Under the pieces are notes generated by a model, which ran no database searches, was not told where the DNA came from, and worked only from the letters and a program-made list of their open reading frames with translations. 57,659 nucleotides of DNA from Marmoricola sp. (GTDB lineage Bacteria; Actinomycetota; Actinomycetes; Propionibacteriales; Nocardioidaceae), in contig JBQCDC010000453.1 of assembly GCA_051961575.1 (NCBI GenBank), forward strand, positions 1-57,659. The letters are read 5' to 3'. Positions within the stretch are counted from its first letter, which is position 1, and every line of letters begins with the position of its first letter. Positions 52,638 through 57,659 of this stretch are shown one piece after another. The position numbers and the translations under genes are program-made.

Positions 52638-53002
52638 AGCCCCTCCAGTTCGACGGTGAATCCTGCATCGTCCACTTCATCGAGCAACTGCGCCGCGGGG
52701 CGAGTGCGTGATCCGCAGAACCCGAGTGACGAGTTCCAGAAGATGTCCCACGTGTCGTTGCCGTGATAGATCGCCCGGTGCTCGACGCCGTAGCTGCGGT
52801 AGCGGATGACAGCACCCGGCTTCACGTCCGGCAGGGTGGGCTTCGGCTTGAGCGGGACGAAGTAGCGCGAGCTTGACTTGGCGGGGAACTGGTTAGGCTT
52901 CTCGAGGTAGTCAAACCTGACGGCGAGGACCGCGCCCTCGTGAACGATTGGGGCCTTGACTTCCACCCAGTCCCGGTATTCCTCGGGGAGTTCGATGCTC
53001 AC
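52634..53002 (-). CDS. Hypothetical protein
   Basis: Coupled ORF; LP..PGAVI motif. Confidence 0.65.
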   Translation of the reverse strand: MSIELPEEYRDWVEVKAPIVHEGAVLAVRFDYLEKPNQFPAKSSSRYFVPLKPKPTLPDVKPGAVIRYRSYGVEHRAIYHGNDTWDIFWNSSLGFCGSRTRPAAQLLDEVDDAGFTVELEGL

Positions 53003-53105
53003 TTGCCGTACCCCCTGTACAGGAACCGCCAGAACCAGCCCCATGCCAGGTGGGCGCCGATGGCCGCGAGAGGCCCGACGATCAGCGCGACACCCACAGC
53101 CCGGT

Positions 53106-53330
53106 TCACTTGGCAGCCTCGCGGTTCGCGTCTTCCCGCTTCTGAATCTCGTCGGCGATGTACCAAGCAGCCTTCCTCAGATCCTCCACGCCGTTTTTCA
53201 GGTCGGCCCGCCAGATGTACTTCATGGCGTTGCCGAGGTTGAACGACATGTGGCGGGTGATCTGGATGGCCTCAATCCCGGACGGATGGCTGGTGTAGTG
53301 CCGGGGATGGTCGACCGGATCGTGGCTCAC
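53106..53330 (-). CDS. DUF3310-like protein
   Basis: DPVDHP.HY, GNAMKY.WR and EDL.KA.WY motifs. Confidence 0.88.
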   Translation of the reverse strand: MSHDPVDHPRHYTSHPSGIEAIQITRHMSFNLGNAMKYIWRADLKNGVEDLRKAAWYIADEIQKREDANREAAK

Positions 53331-53539
53331 TCTTCGACCTCCATCCAGCCGAAGTCGGTGTCATGAAAGTCGTGGACATCCTCAGCGAGGATTATGGTCA
53401 CGAGGGCGATGCCGATGCCCCAGAAGAGCCTCCATCCCCATTCGGATTCGCCTGCCACGTTCCAGATCGAGATGACGAGTACTGCGAGGTCGATAAGGAT
53501 ACAGAGGGCTTGGGTGGCTCGGTGGGTCTTGATGCTCAT
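53327..53539 (-). CDS. Two-TM membrane protein
   Basis: Two hydrophobic segments. Confidence 0.65.
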   Translation of the reverse strand: MSIKTHRATQALCILIDLAVLVISIWNVAGESEWGWRLFWGIGIALVTIILAEDVHDFHDTDFGWMEVEE

Positions 53540-53880
53540 GCTGGTGCCTTCTCTCTGGTCATGGTGAATCCGGTGGTCATGGCGCGTCGCCACCAGTCTC
53601 GGAAGGTGATTTCGTCGCGTTCGGAGAGGGCGAGGTCGTGGGCTATATGCTCACTCAGGTGCTCTGAGCCGGACATGGAGTGCGGGAATTCGGGGCCGTT
53701 GCCGGGCCAGCTCATCTCGGCTTTGGCGACGTAGTCGGTGGCGAACCGGACACAGTAGTCCCGGTAGATCGTTCGGGCTTCCCTGTCCCTCGCGGGTTCG
53801 TCTTTGTCGGGTACGACGTCACGTGCACGCCACAGGGCCAGCACGCAGCGCAGCAGCTTCCGGTAACCCGTCTCGGTCAC
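53536..53880 (-). CDS. Hypothetical protein
   Basis: Coupled ORF. Confidence 0.65.
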   Translation of the reverse strand: MTETGYRKLLRCVLALWRARDVVPDKDEPARDREARTIYRDYCVRFATDYVAKAEMSWPGNGPEFPHSMSGSEHLSEHIAHDLALSERDEITFRDWWRRAMTTGFTMTREKAPA

Positions 53881-54284
53881 TTGGAGCCGCCCGAGGTCTG
53901 CACGTCGATGTTCGGGATCAGCGTCTCGGGCCGGACGATGACCCGGTAGTGGTACGGGTCGGCAGGTGCGGCGTCGAGTTGCTCGGCGACGTAGGTGACG
54001 TTGTTGCTCAGGCCCAGGAAGTGCTTCTTGTAGGCGTTGTCGCCCACTTTGCAGGTGACGGCGAGCTGGTCACTGGTGTGGTCGATGGAGCATCGGCCCT
54101 CGATCTGCAGGAACACCTTGTCGGTGATGCCGTTGATGAACTGGATGCGGCGGTTGATTTCGAAGTTGTCCGCGGCCTGCGAGAGGTTGTCGGAGGCTGT
54201 CTTGGCTGCCGGGGCGCAGCCGGTGGCGGTGACGAGGGCGGCGGCCACGATTCCCGCGGCGATGATCTTGCGGTTGAGTCTCAT
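53877..54284 (-). CDS. Phage lipoprotein
   Basis: Lipobox TATG-C; NLS.AADNFE..RRI.F.NGITD. Confidence 0.8.
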   Translation of the reverse strand: MRLNRKIIAAGIVAAALVTATGCAPAAKTASDNLSQAADNFEINRRIQFINGITDKVFLQIEGRCSIDHTSDQLAVTCKVGDNAYKKHFLGLSNNVTYVAEQLDAAPADPYHYRVIVRPETLIPNIDVQTSGGSK

Positions 54285-54559
54285 GCTGTGGGTTCCTCCG
54301 GGCTGGTTCGGGCTTCGAGGGGGTCAGTGAGGGTGAGGATGGTGATCGGGAAGTGCTCGGTTTCGTTGGCGTAGTGTTCGATGCGGGCGACGTGTTCGAT
54401 ACGGGCGCCGATGCCTGTGCCGTCGCCGTAGAGCCGCGGCCACAGGTACAGCTCGTCACCGGTCTGGTAGTCCGAGTCGATGTGGCCGAGGAACCACCTG
54501 GCGCCGCGCTCCCGGATCCGTTCGATCGCGGCCGCCTCGAATTGGTGCGAATGGATCAC
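54281..54559 (-). CDS. ASCH/PUA-like small protein
   Basis: DYQTGDEL.L...TG....I..V pattern. Confidence 0.5.
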   Translation of the reverse strand: MIHSHQFEAAAIERIRERGARWFLGHIDSDYQTGDELYLWPRLYGDGTGIGARIEHVARIEHYANETEHFPITILTLTDPLEARTSPEEPTA

Positions 54560-55377
54560 GAGGCCACCTTCTCGATGTTGCTGAGCTTCTGGCCCACTCG
54601 CGCCATGTTCACGAGTCGGCTGACGTGGGCGACGATGTAAACAGGACGGTTTCGCCTGCCGTCTTCGGATGGTCGGTCGCCGGCCGATGATAAGAAGCCT
54701 TGTCTGACCCAGTCGGTGATTCGCCTTGGGGTGAGGTCGGGGAACATGCGGGACGCTTCGGTGGCGGTGGCGTACTGGTCGAACGCCTCGGAGAGCATGG
54801 CGTCCTTGCGGTCAGCGATGTCCCACGTCAGGCCGCAGACGGTGCAGTGGACTTCGAGGGCTTCGACGGGGGCGCGGAGCGGGTTCTCGCACTCGATACC
54901 GTTGAACGTGGCGCCGCACAATCCGAGGGTTTGCATGGCCGGCGCGGTGTCGATGGCGCGTCTGGCGTCCCGGTATGCGGCCCGGATCTGGGTGTACGCG
55001 TCGGGGGCTTCAGGCTGGGCGGTGAGCCATGCGAGGTGGGTGAGGAGGAACCGGGAGAGCACGTCGGTTTTGGCGGGGAACGGGGGGCGGGTGTGGATGC
55101 CCTGGTTGGCCTGCTGTTCGAGCACCCAGCCTGACCACCCTTTCAAGGTGAGGCGCAGGTTGGTGGCGGCGTCGGATGCCTCGGCATGGTAGGGGAGCGG
55201 CTGCTCATGCCGGACGACCCTGCCGCCGCCGGAGGGTCCGGTCTTGGACTGTCGGGACAGGGTGGTGTTGAGTTCGTCCATGAGGGCGTCGGACTCGGCT
55301 AGGTCACGCTGGAGCTTGGCCGTGCACAGGTCACAGATGGGGTGCGTGGTGGTGGAGGCACAGATCGGGCACTTCAC
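54556..55377 (-). CDS. Zn-finger/HTH protein, candidate late transcription regulator
   Basis: N-terminal CxxC pairs, internal Zn ribbon and C-terminal I..WV..G HTH. Confidence 0.7.
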   Translation of the reverse strand: MKCPICASTTTHPICDLCTAKLQRDLAESDALMDELNTTLSRQSKTGPSGGGRVVRHEQPLPYHAEASDAATNLRLTLKGWSGWVLEQQANQGIHTRPPFPAKTDVLSRFLLTHLAWLTAQPEAPDAYTQIRAAYRDARRAIDTAPAMQTLGLCGATFNGIECENPLRAPVEALEVHCTVCGLTWDIADRKDAMLSEAFDQYATATEASRMFPDLTPRRITDWVRQGFLSSAGDRPSEDGRRNRPVYIVAHVSRLVNMARVGQKLSNIEKVAS

Positions 55378-55664
55378 GAGTGCATCGCCTCCCACTCCAT
55401 GCGAGACCAAAACAGGTCCTTCGCCATCTCCTCATCGAAGTAGGCGCGGTACGCGGCGTAGAGCCCGAAGGTCCGCGCGGCCAGCCACCGGAACTCGGCC
55501 GGCGGCTCACCCGGGCACGGTCCCACCGTGACGCCTTCGGGGGTTTGCGGGATGCGGGCGACGAGGAACCTGGTGCCGTTGGCGTCGGTGATGGTGTCCC
55601 CGTCACCGAGGACGACGGTGGGCACTTGGTCAGGATCGGGTTTGCGTTTCCGCCATCTCACCAT
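55374..55664 (-). CDS. Hypothetical protein
   Basis: Coupled ORF. Confidence 0.55.
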   Translation of the reverse strand: MVRWRKRKPDPDQVPTVVLGDGDTITDANGTRFLVARIPQTPEGVTVGPCPGEPPAEFRWLAARTFGLYAAYRAYFDEEMAKDLFWSRMEWEAMHS

Positions 55665-55812
55665 GCGCTCCAGTCGTCCTCGTATTCGTCGTAGGCGGGT
55701 GCGGATTGGAGTGGCGGTTCGGCGTGGCAGACGCAGCGGTAAGACCGGTGGCAGATCTGGACGCCTGTGCGACAGCACCCGAGGCGGCAGCGCTTCCACT
55801 CGGGATCCTGCT

Positions 55813-56055
55813 TCACGCCCGGTCCAGTTCGTGGGCGACGGAGGCGCGGGCGGAGATGTCCACCGGCCCGGCCGGCGGGGCTATGTGGTGCTCGTGCTCG
55901 CCTTTGAGGATGCGCATGACGGCGGCCTTGTTGAAGGTGCCGTGGTCCCAGTCCAGTGCGATGCGGTGCACGGCCTGCCGGTTGCGCTGGTCGAGGGCGA
56001 CGGCGAGGTCGATGAGCTGTTCACGAGTCAGGGACTCGAGTGCGTCTCTACTCAT
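55813..56055 (-). CDS. Hypothetical protein
   Basis: ATGA overlap with the HNH gene. Confidence 0.6.
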   Translation of the reverse strand: MSRDALESLTREQLIDLAVALDQRNRQAVHRIALDWDHGTFNKAAVMRILKGEHEHHIAPPAGPVDISARASVAHELDRA

Positions 56056-56534
56056 TTCGTTTCTGCCATCCTGTCCAAGATGTTGTGTGTGAAGAGTTCA
56101 TTTCGTTTCGCTACCACGGCAGCCTCAGCAAGCTTGATGTCGTCAAACATCCCGAGGTAATACTTGTGGCCGTTATGCCCAACACGGGCTTCCCATTTGC
56201 CCGACGCTTTGCGCCAAGACACGCCCCGAATGCCTGAAGTGCTGTTGGCTGGAGCGCCGCTCAAGTTCTCGTGGTTTTGCTTGTTAGTGGCAAGACGCAA
56301 GTGGGCCGGGTTCACGCATGCGCGGTTGTGGCATATGTGGTCCACGAACATCCCGTCTGGAATCTCGCCCTTGGTGATCTGGTAGGAGACACGGTGAGCG
56401 AACTGGCTCTTGTAGTTGACCGTGACCTTTCCATAGCCACCAAAATTGATGTGCCCTGACCACAGCCAGCAGGTCTCTGTCTTCTCGACCTTCTGCCAAA
56501 AGCGTTCCTCGACAGGAACGGCAACTCTCCCCAT
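56052..56534 (-). CDS. HNH endonuclease with AP2-like domain
   Basis: RFWQKVEK..TCW.W, AHR, DHICHNRACVNPAHL and SGIRGVSW; lower GC; paralog of 12734..13225. Confidence 0.9.
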   Translation of the reverse strand: MGRVAVPVEERFWQKVEKTETCWLWSGHINFGGYGKVTVNYKSQFAHRVSYQITKGEIPDGMFVDHICHNRACVNPAHLRLATNKQNHENLSGAPANSTSGIRGVSWRKASGKWEARVGHNGHKYYLGMFDDIKLAEAAVVAKRNELFTHNILDRMAETK

Positions 56535-56659
56535 AGCCCTAGTCTACTACTCTTGCTGGTCGTTTTGGCTGTTGTGAGCGGTTTTCTTGGCGTAGTTTTC
56601 GATGATGGCTTGGCGTTGCAGCCAGTACTGCGGGTCCTCCTCGGGCATCCTGGTGTTCA

Positions 56660-57190
56660 TCACGCCGCCACCACGACTTTCGCGGGGTGCCACTCGCTGA
56701 TGAAGTCGTCGCGGGCGAACATCTGCTTCTCGTCCAGCGTTATCCAGCTGCCGTTAGCCGTGCGCCGGATGGGCTTGGTGTAGACGGTGCCCACGCAATC
56801 GAACGTGGCGATGATGACGGAACCTGTCTCAGTCGGCAGCTCGGGTTTGGGTTCGGCTAGTGCCCTCTGGAGCTTGTTGTAGAAGCGGACCTTGAGGTCG
56901 TCGGCGTCGGCGTTTTCGAGCAGTGCCCGCACCCGTTCCAGCTTCGCCTCGGCGGCCTCGGCGCGGGCCTTGTATCCGTCGCCCCGCAACAGGGCTTTCA
57001 GAAGCTCGGCGTCAGCATCCGCTTTCGGTACGGCGCCGAGTGCGGCGAGGAGTTCGGCGGTGGGGATCTGGATGCCGCAGTTGAACCCGGCGTGATTGAT
57101 GCTGAGGTTCGTGAGGCCGTCCATGCGCATGATCACGTCTACCGTGCGGCTGCCTTCGGCTGCGCAGCTCTTGATCTGGGTCATAGTCAT
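56660..57190 (-). CDS. Hypothetical protein
   Basis: RAEAAEAKL.RVR and LPTE.GSVI motifs; GAAGGA RBS. Confidence 0.75.
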   Translation of the reverse strand: MTMTQIKSCAAEGSRTVDVIMRMDGLTNLSINHAGFNCGIQIPTAELLAALGAVPKADADAELLKALLRGDGYKARAEAAEAKLERVRALLENADADDLKVRFYNKLQRALAEPKPELPTETGSVIIATFDCVGTVYTKPIRRTANGSWITLDEKQMFARDDFISEWHPAKVVVAA

Positions 57191-57213
57191 TTCCTTCTGG
57201 TCTGGTGAATTGG

Positions 57214-57317
57214 TCCGCGGGGGCGCAGGTCGTCCGCTGCAGGCGCCGTAATAAACCGCCCAGTCCGCCTTCGGGTGACATGTCTCGCTTCGGTCAGCCG
57301 TTTGACGCCCCCACGGA
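57214..57317 (-). ncRNA. Candidate structured intergenic RNA
   Basis: 12-bp closing helix TCCGTGGGGGCG/CGCCCCCGCGGA plus internal stems. Confidence 0.35.
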
Positions 57318-57330
57318 AATCTCTATTCGT

Positions 57331-57659
57331 TCATCGGTCTTCTGGGTCGATCAGGAGGTCGAGTAGTTCGAGGGCTGCACCCTTCTGCTGGGCGGCGAGG
57401 TCGTTGACGGTGGAGAGGATTTCGGGGTGCTCGGCGTAGTACTTCTTGGCTGCCTTGTAAGCGGCGTTGTATCCGGTGCTCCACGGGTCGTCAGCGGCAG
57501 CGGCAGCGTCAGCGGCAGCGGCAGCGGCAGCGGCAGCGGCAGCGTCAGCGGCAGCGTCAGCGGCAGCGGCAGCGGCAGCGGCAGCGGCAGCGGCAGCGGC
57601 AGCGTCAGCGGCAGCGGCAGCGGCAGCGGCAGCGGCAGCGGCAGCGTCAGCGGCAGCGT
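57331..57659 (-). CDS. 3' part of Ala-repeat protein (joined to 721..1)
   Basis: Repeat followed by DDPWSTGYNAAYKAAKKYY...LELLDLLIDPEDR-TGA; in frame across the junction. Confidence 0.85.
   Translation of the reverse strand, partial: AAADAAAAAAAAAAAAADAAAAAAAAAAAAAAADAAADAAAAAAAAAAADAAAAADDPWSTGYNAAYKAAKKYYAEHPEILSTVNDLAAQQKGAALELLDLLIDPEDR
57492..57659. repeat. Hexamer tandem repeat CAGCG(G/T), 28 units
   Basis: Read directly from the sequence. Confidence 0.97.

Larger units (their letters stand above)
1..57659. mobile_element. Complete circular temperate actinobacteriophage (siphovirus) genome
   Basis: Terminase, portal, capsid, tail tube, tape measure, lysin/holin, repressor, integrase and an intact attP are all present. 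No host genes are seen, and both ends lie in the same repeat and join in frame. Confidence 0.93.

Noticed and set aside
57255-57300. Hammerhead ribozyme core
   Set aside because: CTGACCGA does not fit CUGANGA, and no properly placed GAAA is present.

Overview
The window appears to be one complete, circular genome of a temperate siphovirus infecting a high-GC actinobacterium (Micrococcales-like; the host is inferred). It is opened inside a 6-bp tandem repeat, and joining base 57659 to base 1 restores one in-frame gene. Most genes are on the minus strand. Modules in window order: early replication, recombination and modification genes (1-15330: resolvase, two methyltransferases, replication initiator with iterons, NrdH, RNA ligase-phosphatase, SSB, RecT/YqaJ, HNH, excisionase, Cro); a plus-strand immunity and integration block (15829-21666: repressor, ImmA-like peptidase, two more HTH proteins, a tRNA-Leu-like attP, tyrosine integrase); lysis (21743-23637); tail (23642-38397); head and packaging (38472-47333); and further small genes (47400-57659). 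Most unusual observations: (1) the portal-MuF fusion carries an 18-residue copy of the major capsid N-terminal arm right after a probable protease site; (2) a protamine-like protein (47% R/K/H, no acidic residue) sits in the virion operon; (3) a glycosyltransferase-like gene directly follows a capsid gene ending in Ser; (4) two convergent SGNH esterases lie in the tail region, one probably virion-borne and one membrane-anchored; (5) the RNA ligase-phosphatase fusion lacks a kinase domain; (6) an HNH gene duplicates the 5' end of its neighbour; (7) a candidate structured RNA of about 104 nt. All functional calls come from reading motifs by eye; no database searches were run.
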